This document shows positions 40,605-55,100 of a DNA stretch of 64,000 nucleotides, one piece after another. The notes under the pieces are model-generated. The model did not search any database. It was not told the origin of the DNA and was given only the letters and a program-made list of their open reading frames with translations. The translations under genes and the position numbers were made by a program. Each line of letters begins with the position of its first letter. Position 1 is the stretch's first letter. This stretch comes from Rhizophagus irregularis (Eukaryota): the NCBI RefSeq assembly GCF_026210795.1, contig NC_089429.1:2232001-2296000 (forward strand), written 5' to 3'.

Positions 40605-42240
40605 ATGACATGTTCAAAGATATTTTCGGGAGATTTACCTGAAATAACAACCGAAATTATAAAATACTTTATAAATGATTATAAAACATTACATTCATTT
40701 ATTCTAGTCAATAGACTATGTTGTCGTTTAACAATCCCATTATTATGGGAAACCCCATTTTCTGCTGGAAATAATGGTTTTATTAATATTTATTTACATA
40801 ATTTGAAGATAAAATAAAATTAAACGAATATGGAATCAATAAAAATTTATTTCCTTCAAGCACATTATTCAATTATCCTTGTTTTATCGAACGGTTAAAT
40901 TTATGGAATATAATTTCATCTATTTTAAAGTGGATTACAACAGTTAAAATTTTATCAGTTTAGAGAATCAGGTGAACAGTCCGCTATTTATTCTATACAA
41001 AATATACAAAATACAAATTTATCATCAACTTTACTTCTTGAGCATGGTCCTTTAATATGAATTATTATTTAAAATATTTATTAAAAATGAAGCAAATTTA
41101 AGTATATTTTTTGAAGTTTCAATCTTTTCAAATGATATTTGTTATTATTTTAATATTGCTTTTAAATTAATTTTACAAAATCAATATTTTATTAATAATA
41201 TTAAAAATTTAGATCTCACTATTTATACAACATTTTTAAATGTAACAAATGATTATTAATTATTTAAAATCGATTAATTTAATTTCATCCCTTAATTATC
41301 ACCTTAGTAATTACAAATGATTTAAGTAAAATTTATTTACCACAATTAATTAATTCGCAACAAAATCTTAAAAAGAAATTGTTTTTAGTTCAAGTTATAA
41401 ATCCCTTGAATCAATTATTATTTGAATAATTAAAAAATTTTAATTGTTCAAATACTTTAAAAATTAAATATATTTTATAAGATTAATTTAGGTAATGTTT
41501 TTATTTTTAATGATGTATTTGAAAAATTAAATGTTTTAGAATCTATTCATATTTTTGAATGTGGTTCTTTAAATTTATTTATTAAATAAATTATTATTAT
41601 TAAAATCTTTAAGGAATCATTACAAAATGAATTATTATAATTATTATTACAAGAATCTAATAATTATTTAGTAAATATATCTAAACAACAATCACTTGAA
41701 TTAATTTTAAGATATTGTACAAAAATTAATTTGTTTGATATAAATATATAATTGGATTAGATAATCAAAATATTTATTTAGTATTTAGTATTCAATTTAA
41801 TTGAAAATTTTGGTCAATATCTTAATTACATTTCAATTGATTATATAAATAAATCAATTGATATTGAAACTATTTCAATCTTATTAAAAAATTTAGGTCA
41901 AATCCTCCTTTTAAATTAAAATATTTAAATTTAACTCTTATGGTTAAATATGTAAATGATTTTGAAATATTTTTGAAAAATTCTCAAAATACTTTTATTA
42001 ATAGATTTTGTATTAAAAATTAATTGATAGAAAGTAAAGATATTTTACTTTAACAGCCAAATATTTAACTCGTCTCTCTTTCATAATATATTCTTTTATA
42101 TAAAGATCTTTTCCTTAAAGCTAAAGATTTATTTAATTTGAAAGATAAATTTAAATTATATAATATTGAAATTCAAAATTATTATGTATTATCCCTTAGT
42201 TATTATAATTATTTTGTGAAAGAAATATATTCGTCAAGTC
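40605..42240 (+). pseudogene. F-box-like pseudogene, paralogue of 33261-34991
   Basis: Begins MTCSKIFSGDLPEI; nucleotide similarity to the intact gene continues for ~1.6 kb with many frameshifts and stops. Confidence 0.8.
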
Positions 42241-42410
42241 ATTATTATAGGAATTTTTTAAAAATTGTACTTTATTAGAAATTTTAATTGTTACAGTTTA
42301 ATGTAATTTTAAAGGAACTTAATAAAATATTATTGATATTGTTATCCAAATTATTATTATCAAGATTGAAAAATGAAGTAAAGACATAATATTAAAGATT
42401 TTATTTATTA

Positions 42411-42562
42411 ATTGTCCGGAGCGAAGCGAAGGACAATATATGTCTACGCACTATGAAAAAAAAAACGATCATGTGAATTTCTCTGTACGCCACGTGATCG
42501 TCACCCAATGAAATCGAAAATTTTAGTTTTTCGCTCCGGACTTACAACGGTTCCCGTTTAGT
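42411..42562 (+). mobile_element. Helentron-associated (HINE/DINE-1-like) short element
   Basis: 12-bp subterminal inverted repeat GTCCGGAGCGAA (42414-42425) / TTCGCTCCGGAC (42530-42541); 5' stem ATTGTCC..GGACAAT; 3' stem-loop AACGG-TTC-CCGTT; T-rich flank. Confidence 0.6.
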
Positions 42563-42599
42563 GATTGAAAATTAACATATCATGTTAATTTTTTTCTTG

Positions 42600-42726
42600 C
42601 CCCATATAAAATTTTTATCCGTATATTTCCATTATTTCTCCGTGTCTTTCGTAAAAATTCCGTGAAAATGATACATTCACGGAAAAAACATGGAAAGATA
42701 AAACACGGATCAGATTTTTTACAGGG
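42600..42726. mobile_element. Small MITE-like element with imperfect CCC...GGG TIRs
   Basis: CCCCATATAAAAATTTTTATCCGT versus reverse-complemented CCCTGTAAAAAATCTGATCCGT; TTG on both flanks. Confidence 0.45.
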
Positions 42727-42859
42727 TTGTCATATAACAGCCTATAAAATTTAATTTTACTGCTACTGTAGCAAAAGATTAAAGTTCATAAGGTATAAGG
42801 AGTATATTCAAAACTTACAATTTGGTCATTAATTAGCTTATTATATAATAAATTATTAG

Positions 42860-44055
42860 ATGAAAAATTCCAAATTATTATTATACAATGTAAGTATAGT
42901 AACATATTCGTGCCAATATCTCCTGATATTTCCCCTAATATTTCTCATGAGCAAGAATATATCCAATCAAATTCTCAAACTTCTAATGAGTCAGGAGAGC
43001 GTGAGCCCGAAGGGATGTCCAATGATCAGACACAAAGTTTCAAAATAAAAATTCCCTACAATCAGAAAGTGGAACAAGGTTTAAGACATGAGCTATCCAT
43101 TTTTACCAAAGATGATAATATCGAAAAGCATAACTCATTTGATATTCCGATTCCCGAATTCTCTCTTGAGACGATTCTAACGGGATATAACAAAATTACG
43201 GCACAATTTATTTAACGTGGCAATAAAGGTCGGACAAAAGGAGAATCTATAGAAACAGTATAGAAACAATACCAATATAGATATATATTGCCATTGTTTC
43301 TATAAAGCATATGAGGATCTGGTTGAAGACTGCAAAGATATGAAAAATATTGATGATCAATCAGCGAGAACATTTGTGTATAACGCAATTAAATTGCTTT
43401 TTCCTAATATATCCAATGAAAACTTGCAAAAATTTACACGTTATTTACAGGAATAGGGATAGATGCGAATTACCTATAGCACTCATATTATTTCATGTCT
43501 AAAGGATTTTCAAATTCAGGGTATTATAAATAGTTTTTCCAAAAGACCTACTAATATAGATGAATGCCAAAAAGTGATCAGTATTACGAAAGTAACGCGC
43601 ATGTGACTAAAAATTCTGATTCATCAGTATTAAGTGTTGCCTTACCTCAATCATTTGTCTCCAACTCTTCTGGCAAAAAATTACCCGACGTAGAGATGAG
43701 TACATCAGTCACATTTCAAGTAAGTGTACCATCCACATCTTCATATGGTCAAGCAAGATCATCTAACAAATCCTGACTTCCTATTTCTATTTTACCTGAT
43801 AATCCAGAAGAAAAGCAAACCCATATAATTGGGTTAGTGCTAGAGAGATTTCCTTATCTATCTTTGAAATACAGTATAGGTTCTAGTGATAAATTTGTGT
43901 TTAATAGTTCAGTGCCTTGTCCCATATGTAATAAAGATCATGAAAGTGAAAATATAAAGAAAGGTATAGGCAGTCAATGGGGCTTAGTAAGTATTTTGGA
44001 GACCGAACTTATCGTCTTGAATGCTGAAAGGCTTTATATCAAATTGGTATCCTAA
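42860..44055 (+). pseudogene. Fragmented hypothetical protein gene with C-terminal CxxC/H motif
   Basis: Consecutive broken ORFs (KIPYNQKVEQGLRHELS; ERFPYLSL..CPICNKDH) separated by stops and frameshifts. Confidence 0.45.
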
Positions 44056-45589
44056 CAGAATTTTGCGTATGTTTATTATACTGATATTTTGCACACGTGA
44101 TAATATCGTTATCTAATCATTTCCGTATTTCCGTAATAGTTTTTAGAATTTTGCTTTATTAATTAAAGGATGATGTCAACAAATAATAATACTATAAATT
44201 AGCGTTAAATATTTATTTCCTTACCTTAGTTAAAGAATAAATATTTGTTGATATTTTATGAATTAAATAATACATAGCAATATCAATATCACGTGTACCA
44301 TCTGACAAAGCTGCTTAATAAATACTAAATCTTGCAATTTTATTTAAATTTTTAATTTGAGAATATGGAATTCATTTCATTACTTTTTTTTGAATATATA
44401 GAAAGAAAGTACTAGTTTCGATATATACTTGTTGGCTGTTAATATTTAAATATCCAAATTAGTAATAAATGATATTTTTTTTATTACTTTTCTTATATTG
44501 AGATTAATTTGTAATTTTAAAAATAACATTTATTTCAAACCATTTTTGGCTATCAGATTTTATCCTTGCCGTACTTCAAATTAAATGAATCGTGGCTTCA
44601 ATAAAATCAACATTTAAGTTTGTAAGCAAGATAGGGTATGAAGCATAAAAATAACATTATACCAGGAATTTCATTCATATGTATAAATATCAAAATCAAA
44701 ATGATTTGAAGAGTAAATTAAAATCATTCTGGATGAAATTAATTAAAACAGAACATATCCATAATCATGCTGTTGAAATAAAAGATAATTTCATTATATT
44801 TTCAATGACGACATAATTCTTTTATTATATTTCCAATCAAGATATCGAAATAAAGTCTCTCAAAAAAGAACTAAGCGTTGATTTATTGATTTTCTAAAGT
44901 AATTTATAACTTAGAAACGAAAATTTAAATAAATTTATGTTTCGGCACATTTTTTCTTTCCCACCAATATAACGAACTCAATGACTAAAATAAATTAAAA
45001 TATTCTCACCAGGTTAGTATTTCTATGTCAATACCAAATTATTATTAACTTTCAATTACCTTGAGTTTAATTGGTTAAAAAAGTGGATGAGCTAACTGGA
45101 GCTGAAAAAAAAACTAGTACGGTACAAAATTAAATATTACTTCCAATTTGCTTTACTCGCATATTTAATTATAGAAAAATATACATAGTTAATCATTTAC
45201 TTCGGGAATCTAAATAAACAAAGCCCATGACATGACTAAACAAAATCTAAAAATAAATATGCCAGTTTCAGTATTAACCGCCGGTTATGGTATCTCAAAA
45301 ATCGGATTATATGTAATTATGATCTCAAAAATTTGAAGCTTTAATAAGTTTTATTTTTAATTTGGTTATACATCATTTATTTATTTTATATACATAAAGT
45401 CATAATTGTACTCAAATTAAAGAAAATATCGATAAAATTATTAATTATTGTTCGGATTGTCAATGAAGTTATCTATTCTTCATGTGCAGATGTGATAAAT
45501 ATTTTGTCTTGCGAAAATTGTGGAATTAATCAATCAATCTACATAAATTTTTTTCGTGACAAATACAAATTAAATAAACTCAATAATAC

Positions 45590-48086
45590 TTATTCATCAT
45601 CGGAATTATTAATTTTAGTATATTTTCCTATTTTGTTAAAAAAAAATTATAAAATTGTTAAAGTGAAATACCACAGACGCTATTTATTTGTGAGTAAATA
45701 AAATGTTTACTTACTATTTTTTTGAGTTTCATTCGTTTCGTTCTTTAATTCTTCAAAATTACGCTTTCTTGAAGAATTTACAGGTACAATTAAGCTTTGA
45801 GTGGCGGAATTTGTGTTTTGTGTAGATAAACTAAAAATTGTACGATATTATTATTCATTTTATATTATTAGCAAGTTACATACATTTAAATATAAATTAA
45901 TTACCTTTGAATATTATTTATATCAAATTCATATTCTTTTGTAATATACTCTAAAAATTAATAAAAAATATCTAAGTTAACTAATCATATAACAGATAAA
46001 TTTAAAGAAGTAAATTCTATTATTATCACCTGACCGTCTAATTAACGTTTCAATTTTTTTCATTAATAGTAAATTATAATACACTATAACATACCTTGTT
46101 TCATATTAAATGAAACCATTGAATCTATAGTTGAAGCTTTAGAAATCAAACCACTTAATGCTCTACTTGTATAAATTGCTTTTGGATGAGACTTTTCACT
46201 AAATTCTGGTCCAAGTTTCTTTAATTGTATTAATTCCAATCTTTTATTTTCAGCTTGTTCAAATGTTTCATTCAACCTATATGATCTGTTCAATTCGTAA
46301 AAAGAAACCCAGATTTCATAAATAGTTGGTCTTTTTGAAGGATTAGAATCCCAACATTTTTTCATTAAATCGGCATAACATTTAGGAGTATCTTCTGTAA
46401 TTTTAGGTCGTTCTCCATCAAGAATTTTAAAGATGAGATTATGATCATGTTCAACATTAGTAAAAGGTTTACAACCTGTTGTAAATTCCCACATAATCAT
46501 GCCTAAACTATATATATCAGATTCTTTTGAAAATGCAGCACCTTTAAATATTTCTGGTGCGATATAAGGTATTACTCCATATATTTCATTATTAGATAAT
46601 GTATTATTTGCAGGTTGTGATAATCCTAAGTCTCCAACTTTCCAATATTCAGATAATAACATATTTCCACTATGAATATCTCGATGTATAAAATTATTAT
46701 CATGAATATTTTTAAGTCTAAAGTAAAACATTTAATTGTTAATAACTAACTGTATACAGAAAAACAAACTAATTCACTAAAAATATACAATAAATACCCA
46801 AATGATATTCCTTGTAAAATATACAACTTATCCCTCCATGTAATATTTATAAAGTTCTTTTGCAAATAATCATGCAAATTTCCACCTTTTGCATAATTCA
46901 ATATTAACATATATTCTTTTGTTATAGGATCTTGTGTAATGCCATAACAGTCAATAACCCTATAACCTTTACATTGATAAAGTGATCTTAACTAAAGTAT
47001 AAATAAATCAATTAATACAATAAGCATCAAAAAACACATTGCAAGTATATAAAATGTAAATATTACTTCATTTAGAAAATGTTTACTGATATTTTGTGAA
47101 TCACGTAATTTTTTTACAGCAACATCAGATCCCTTCCAAGTCGCTTTATAAATAATACTGAATCCTCCTTCTGCTATTTTCTTTAAATTCATAATTTGAG
47201 AATATGGAATCCACTCTATTACCTCCATTGATAAATCAAGTTCACTATGAATAAAAAAATATATTTCAATTGGACAGTGCATTGTCCTGTTGTTCAGATA
47301 TTTAGCAATAATTTGGAGATTCTTATTGTTAATTCTTGTAGAATCAAGAAATTTATCTATAATAAAATTTCCACTGCTAATATTTGTAATATTAATATTA
47401 ATGAATGAAGTTCTTTTGCATTTCTTACATTGAGATTGATCTGCAATTCCAAAAATTATATTGGTTGTTAAACAATACCTACATCCAGTATAAATTGTAA
47501 AGCAACATGAACACCATTTTTGACAATAAGATTTTGACTCTTGGTGTATATATTTCAGTTCTTTATCACAAACTGCACATTGATTATGACTATCCCACCA
47601 TGGTAAATATAGAATCGGAATGGACTTTTTAGTCAAAGTTGATTCTACCCATCCAGAAGAAATCTGATAACCTGATAACAGCTTCTTGTAATGACAACAA
47701 GATTCGTTAAGATTAAAGTGATTAAAGTGCCAATAATATTAATTTTCTGTGACTACTTGCGTGAACTGTGAAATCTCAGAGCAATATTCACACCATTCTT
47801 GAATGTTTGTTGTATAAAAATTATTTCTGGTTGCTTTATGTTTAAGACACTGAGAATTATTTGTATATATACGTACATTCAAGTATGTATTATTGCCTGT
47901 TATATATTGAATATACCAAAATAAACAATTTTTGCAATATTTTTGTTCAAACATGAGTGTCTCGGAATATTTAATTCCACAATAATTACATTGTTTTTCA
48001 TTGTTATTAAAAGGAATAAATAAAACAGGTACAGGACTAGATTTTAATTTTGACGTAGGATCAAATGGATCATTATTTTTGTCCAT
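45590..48086 (-). pseudogene. TKL-type Cys-rich kinase paralogue with one premature stop
   Basis: Close inverted paralogue of 8020-10498, including upstream DNA; in-frame TAA at 47739-47741 where the paralogue has TCA; the frame continues normally afterwards (YQISSGWVESTLTKK, HRDIHSGN). Confidence 0.82.
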
Positions 48087-49225
48087 AATGTTGTATTTCA
48101 AGAAAATAGTTTATATAAAAGTTAAATGTAAAAATTATAAAGCAATATATATGTATTTTTATGAAGATACAATAACAAAGTGAAATTCTACAGAACTTTT
48201 CTTTAAAGAATCAAAGATATTCTATATAGAAATTCTATAAAGTATTATTTTGTAACTGTACTACAATTTGAAATTTGTGATTTATAAAATTTGTTGACGA
48301 TCAATTTAACCAGAAATTAAAAAAATTTTTTTTTTTTTTTGACGATGAACTCAAAAAATTCATTTGATAATCAAGTAACGATAAAAACTTTTCTTAATAA
48401 ACTAAAACGTGTTGTTTCATCAACTCTGATTATATAATAATCATTCCGACATTTGATTTCCTACTAAATTATTATTAAGTTCTTAAGTCATAAATAAAAT
48501 AAAAAGTCTTAATGAACATCAGATATAATTTAATAAAAACAAATACATTTATTAACAATTTCTGTAAAAATTTTTTATGATATTAATGTATATTATCAAC
48601 CGTCCTCAAATTTATACAAATTTTCATTTCCTTTTCAAGTTACGATATCGAGGCAACAAAACATTAACTACCAGATTCTCATTTAAATGAACAACAAAGA
48701 ATTCATTTAAATTTATTTATTTTCTTTTATCAGCTATTATACTATTGTTAAATTTCAAGGATAATTAAAATTTGTGATTATTATATGAAATTATGTGAAA
48801 TTTTGATATTGTTTATGCATTGAACAAAATTTTTTACAGTCATTCTTATTTAATTAAAATTAAAATAATAAGGAAAAGGAGTTAATAAGAAATTATAGTA
48901 ATTGATCAAACAGCATAGATTTAAATAAAACCTGTGATGATAATAATACTGCGACAGAAATGAAAAAAGAAAAGGAATTTATTAAAAAGAAAAATTTATG
49001 AAACTTTGATAAATATTAAATTACCAAATATTTTACTCAAAATCCATAATTACAAGAAAAAACCAAATTATAAATTAAAAAAAAAAACATGTTTCATTTT
49101 GTCTTACAAACACTTATAGGACCCAGAAATATACTGTATATAAAAGGGTCAGGTTTGAGTTTGCGTATTTTGAACTAAAAAAATCATGAAAATCTTACCT
49201 TGTTTAGATAATTTTTGATAATTCC

Positions 49226-52108
49226 TATGGCAAGCCGCACTGGTCAAAAGTGTGCTGCATTTTGCGGCAGGTGCGCCTGTTTTTAGGCGCCTGATGCGCT
49301 AAGTGCGGCAGGTGCACCTGTTTTTAGGCGCCTGAGTGCGGCAGGTGCACATAGTTTTTAGGCGCCTGATGCGCAGGATGCGCCTGGTTTTAGGCGCCTG
49401 AGGCGCCTAAGTGCGGCAGTTGCTCCTGATTGCAGCAGATGCGCCTGTTTTTAGGCGCCTAATTGCGGCAGGTGCAGCAGATTGCGGCAGGTGCGCCTGT
49501 TTTTTGTTCATAGGTTTTTTTTGGAAATAAGCATCTTCTGAGCTTTTAGCATAGATCTACGTACATTGCCAAATTAATTTAATAATCTGATAAAAATAGT
49601 AAAGTTAAGCTTTTTTTGGTTCAAACTTGTTCCAATGGATCGGATGTTGTTTTATCCTTGAAATTATCACTTTTTTTTCAACCAACTAAATTTTATTAAA
49701 TTAAATGTTCAAAATAATTATGAATATAAACATATAAAAAAATTTTTATCTTAATGGATTATCCATTGTATCATTTATTTTTGTTTTATTTTTATTTTTT
49801 TAAATTTTTTTTTGCTTATAATCTTGAATAATTTCATTGTCTTTCTTTTATAATTGGTATTTTTAGTTTTCTTTTTAAATATATTTGTATAGTGAAACAA
49901 GTAAAATTTATTTTTAAACTTCATATGCAATTTTACAATAAGAATTCTATTACCTTTTGATTACATACTAGTTAAATAAAAGATTTTGACTTTTTAGAAA
50001 TTCAGTCTCAACATTCCATCTTTTGATGTAAAATAAATACATGAACAAAAAAATTGAAAAAACTAACAACTGAATACAATAATCACAAAAAGGTCTTTCA
50101 TGTTTGTTATTATTATTAATCATATTAATACAAGATTTTATAATTATTAAATTATTAGGAGTTTATAAATTACCCGGGTTCTAAGATAGGAATTTTTTTT
50201 ATTTCTAGTAAAATATCCAGGTCTTATGAAATTGGATATGCAGTAATCCTGCACCATGATAAAAATAGTTTAAAATATATAAGTAAAAATGTGTCAGTTT
50301 AATATTATTTTATAACATTTAGTTAAAAAAAAAAAAAAGTCAAAGGTACAGTATCTTTATTAATTAGTTATATAAATTATTTTTTTTAATATTATTACTA
50401 TATTATAAGTTATGAAATTTAAAAATATGCTAAAAAAATTATTTTTTAATAAAAGTATTTGTAAAAAAAAAATTATTTTTTGTTAAACATAATAATTTAA
50501 TAGTAATTTAATATAGGAAAAAACATTTTTACGCGGGTGCGTAGCAACGCGCCCCCTTTTTGGTAATTTTCTCATAGTAAATATGTCGATCATTTATTAT
50601 CACGTGACATCGTTAAATTTTCTGATGTTTGAATAAACGTCGCATAAACTTTATGTACATATTATAAAGCTTTCAAAAGACACGTACTATGCGTATTTTT
50701 GCTTGCCCTACAACTTTACTTTAAGACTAAAGTATGGTTTGAATGGTGTTTTTGACTTTTATATATGAGATATTATAAAGGGTGCGTTGCAATGCATCTG
50801 CATATAAAATTTAAACCCTTTAATATATTATAAATTTTTTGTTAAGTAAGGTTTTTAAAGACAGAAATTTTATTTTACAAGAAAAAACGAGATTAATATT
50901 GATAAAATAATTATTAAAATGAAATAAAAATAAAATAGAGATTAATTTTGAGGCAATGCTAAAGTTAGTAAACTATTTTTATCATAGGTAGGGTTACTGC
51001 TTTGTGAAAAGGGAATACTATATGCAATTCTAGACAGTAGCCCTGTTTACTTCCATTTGATTTTTTTCAAAATTTTTAAAAATTGGAATAACAACTGAAG
51101 AAAATTGATGATCTGTGTATTCCGAAATTTTAAAATGCAATACAGCTTTAACATGATCGGTTGAAAATAAAAAGAAAAAATTGAATATGATTTTATACTC
51201 AATTTTAATTTGCTAAAATTAATTACACTAGAATCGGATGAGCAGGGCTAGTATAAATATTTATAGTACATGACTTTGGTTAACTAAAATTTTCAATACC
51301 AATGCTATATTTGAGCAAGCTGAGTAATTTCTATTAATTTGCTACATTTATACAACCATGGATTATATAATTGTACAGTAGTATATATGCTACACAAAAT
51401 AATTAGTGATTTATAAAAATTTTATGCAATTATTTCTATTTTTGTTTAATAAACTGAGATTAACTGAAGGTAATATTAACTAGGAAAGACTACTTCTTTA
51501 TGCTCATATATAAATCATGAAAATTTAAACAGTAGATAAGATTTGTAATAAATTTTGAATTTTTTGAAATAAACTAAAATTGTTCACATTTAAAAATAGC
51601 ATTATAATAACTATAGCAGGATAAAAAGAGATCATCACACAAACCACAAGTCTGGTGATAATTCCAAGGATAGAACAACATCCAATCCATTGGAACGAGT
51701 TTGAACCAAAAAAAGCTTAACTTACTATTTTTATCAAATTATTAAATTAATCTGGCAATGTACGTAGATCTATGCTAAAAGCTCAAAAGATGCTTATTTC
51801 CAAAAAAAGCCTATGATCGAAAAGGAATAAAAAACAGGCGCACCTGCCGCAATCTGCTGCACCTGCCGCAATTAGGCGCCTAAAAACAGGCGCACCTGCT
51901 GCAATCAGGAGCAACTGCCGCACTTAGGCGCCTCAGGCGCCTAAAACCAGGCGCATCCTGCGCATCAGGCGCCTAAAAACTATGTGCACCTGCCGCACTC
52001 AGGCGCCTAAAAATAGGTGTACCTGCCGCACTTAGCGCATCAGGCGCCTAAAAACAGGCGCACCTGCCGCAAAATGCGGCACACTTTTGACCAGAGTGGC
52101 TTGCCATA
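49226..52108. mobile_element. Non-autonomous long-TIR (~445 bp) element, IS3EU-like termini
   Basis: TIRs 49226-49670 and 51655-52108 containing GC-rich AGGCGCCT/TGCGGCAG subrepeats; ends TATGG...CCATA; 6-bp TSD AATTCC at 49220-49225 and 52109-52114; no internal ORF. Confidence 0.85.
50516..50818. mobile_element. Mutator-type MITE nested in the long-TIR element
   Basis: Imperfect ~70-bp TIRs (GG...CC ends); 9-bp TSD TTTAATATA at 50507-50515 and 50819-50827. Confidence 0.75.
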
Positions 52109-55100
52109 AATTCCAGTCGGAATTTTATTTCCTATTATAGTAATTTACTGACATTATCATAATTCCGGCCCTGAAAAAATGCGTACAGCTCATAGTAAAA
52201 AAATTTTTCATCACCTGATCCCTATATATATTTCTGGGTCCTATACTTATTAATTGTTGTTTATTGTATTTATGGAGGAATACTTCTTAGAAGATTATAA
52301 CATGATAACATAAAAATCTTATTCTTTATTTAAGACAAGAAAAAATTTGATAGAAAACGATTGTGATTTGATATCTCATACAAGCTTTAAAGTTTTGCAA
52401 AAACTTTTGGTCTGTACGTGTTTTGAAACAAGTTATTAAATGGTAACTTGGCAAAATACTGAACCTTAAACAATAATTTATCCCTTTATAAGATTCCATA
52501 AGTAGGAAGTATACCCTGCCTGTAAGAAACCTTATAATAAAAATATAGGATGATTTTTTAACCAATTAAAAAAAATATGTAACTATATTATAATAATAAT
52601 TAATCTCAACACATGCCTTTTCATAATTTTGATTTTTTATCTGTACAACCGACGCTTATATAAATAAGAACGTAAGGTAAAGTAAGTTTCGGAATGATGA
52701 TATCCAAAAGAAGCTAAAGCTTAAATTTGAAATTCTTCACCTGATCGATTAAATCTCAGCCATGATGAATGAACAAGGCTTATCAATGTGAACCTTCTGA
52801 AGTTAAATAATCTGTTTTACTTAAAATGTACAAAGGGATGAGTTTTGTAAAAAAATTAATTTAATAATATTATTGTTATTTTAAATGACAGAAATTTTAT
52901 CATAAACTGTAATTAATAGTATTTTGTTTTTGGTTTCTATTATAGAATTTTCTTTTGTAAATCCATGTTGTATTAAAAGGTATTTTAATAAACTGTATTA
53001 TAATTCATGAAACAATTAGACATTGAGTCTGTCTGTCTTCCATAATAGTAAATAAATCCATTTATCTGCAACAAGGTTAACCCTTAAATTCAATTCTATC
53101 ACATGATTTATTTCGTATTGTTTAGAAACAATGACATTACTAAATTGAGTAAACGATAAACTTAATATTTACATTTAAAATGACTTAAAAATACGAATTA
53201 AGTAAACCATATTGAATTATAGATAAAAAAAAATTATTATACTAATATCTATAAATTTAAATTTAATTAATAACAAACCAATAAAATTTTAGTATTAAAT
53301 TATAGGCATTTCGTGTTACCGTTTTCCATATTTTTCTAAAAAAAAAGAATAAGAACATTAAATTATTTTTATCTCAAAATTATTATAAGGCAAATTTATG
53401 GATTTATGCAATGGATTTAACATAATATAAATACAATGATATCTAATAACCTAATTGTTTATTGTATTTTTGTAATATAATTATATTTATTATAATATTC
53501 TTTAATGGAACGAGAAAGATTTCATTTTAAGTATTATTCTTTAAGAAAATTCTACTTTGATATTACATACATATAGATTATAAAAAATTTTTTCAACCTA
53601 TTTATTAATATATAATTAATAAAAAAATGTAAAAATTTATTTTTTTTTGCGTAAATAAATAATAACGGATAAACAATTTAATAATTTTCTTTATTCTTTA
53701 TTTTTATTTTAATTTACAAATAAAAAGATAATACTCAAACAATATCGTTGTATTCTTTGTAAAATGAAATAAAATTGTCCAAAAAGTAACAAATACTTAT
53801 ACAGTATATATACTGCATATAATAGTATATTTATGTCACATTTTTTATTTGATGTTGATTCAATTGATACGTTATTGATTTCAGGATCAATAAAATCCAT
53901 ACATCACACGTTTCAGTAGTTTTTGGCATGAGCGTCCAATAATATTAGAATAAATAGACCTTTAAAAGATATCAGATCGATCAAATCTACGAACAGTGTC
54001 ACAAACACGTGATTAATAGTATGAAAGACTATTGGACAAATTGACTCGACACTATTTTTACCCACGCAAAGGTATGTTAATGAACTTCAGAATTGCGTAA
54101 TGATAGTCATGACCTTAGGAAATTACAATCAGAAGTAAATTTGAGAAATTTTGGACTCAGTGAAAAATTTACAGAAGACAAAATTTACAAAGAAATGAGA
54201 AAATGCGTAATCAAATAGGCATACGTAATATCCAAAAAGAATAATATTGGATATGGAACCACGTGGGAACTTGAAAATATATAAAAGAATGAGTTTTGGA
54301 ATATGAAATAGGCGTAGTATTTTAATAGCTTATGGGGAAATAATCGATAAATGTTAGTAAGTGAGAAAATTTGGATATTTTAATAATGATATTGTTGTTT
54401 TGATATTATTTATTTATGAAATAATGCAATGTGAGAATAAGGTTAAGTAAGGAGAATTATCGCAGTTTGCAAATTAAAGTTAGCAGGATTTTGAAGTTTT
54501 ATTATTGAATTATGAAAGTTGCATTACGATAATATTGTTAAGTATGGGAAATTATCGAAGTTTGGAATTGTAAATTGTGGATATTAAGAAAGTATAAGGA
54601 GTAATGAATTTTGGACGAAAGAGTTGTTTTTGTTATTTTAATTTAATTTATTATTTTTAGAAACCAAGCATAGAACTCGGGAAAATTATAGAAATTTTGT
54701 ATTAATTATTTCTATGAATAATGAAAACAATGTTCAATGACGTGGTAGCAAATGTATGTCAGTACAGGCACGTCATTACAACGTACTGTATATGTTCATA
54801 TAAATATAATTAAAGACATAATTAGTTTATTATTTCTAAGATAACGTTATTATTTGCTATAAATAAAAATGTTGTCAATTGATCGCGTGATAATATTGGC
54901 CACATGATAAAGGTATGGGCTCGCTGTATTATAAAATCCATTTTTTATCTGTTTTAAAAAAATTATTATTTAATTTATGTTCCAAAATATTTTTTGGGGT
55001 CTGATGGACACTTTATGGTCGATTTCTATGATCCGCCATAGTTTTAATTGTTTTCCTATGCTATCTAGCACATATTCACTAAAAATTTTACAGATCACAG

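Larger units (their letters stand above)
49115..52245. mobile_element. Outer MITE (~240 bp when empty) hosting a nested insertion
   Basis: TIR TATAGGACCCAGAAATATA at 49115 and its reverse complement ending at 52245; TSD ambiguous (TA, or a longer duplication with one mismatch). Confidence 0.7.

Noticed and set aside
53900..54620. Possible decayed coding or TE fragment
   Set aside because: All frames are broken and no motif is recognisable.
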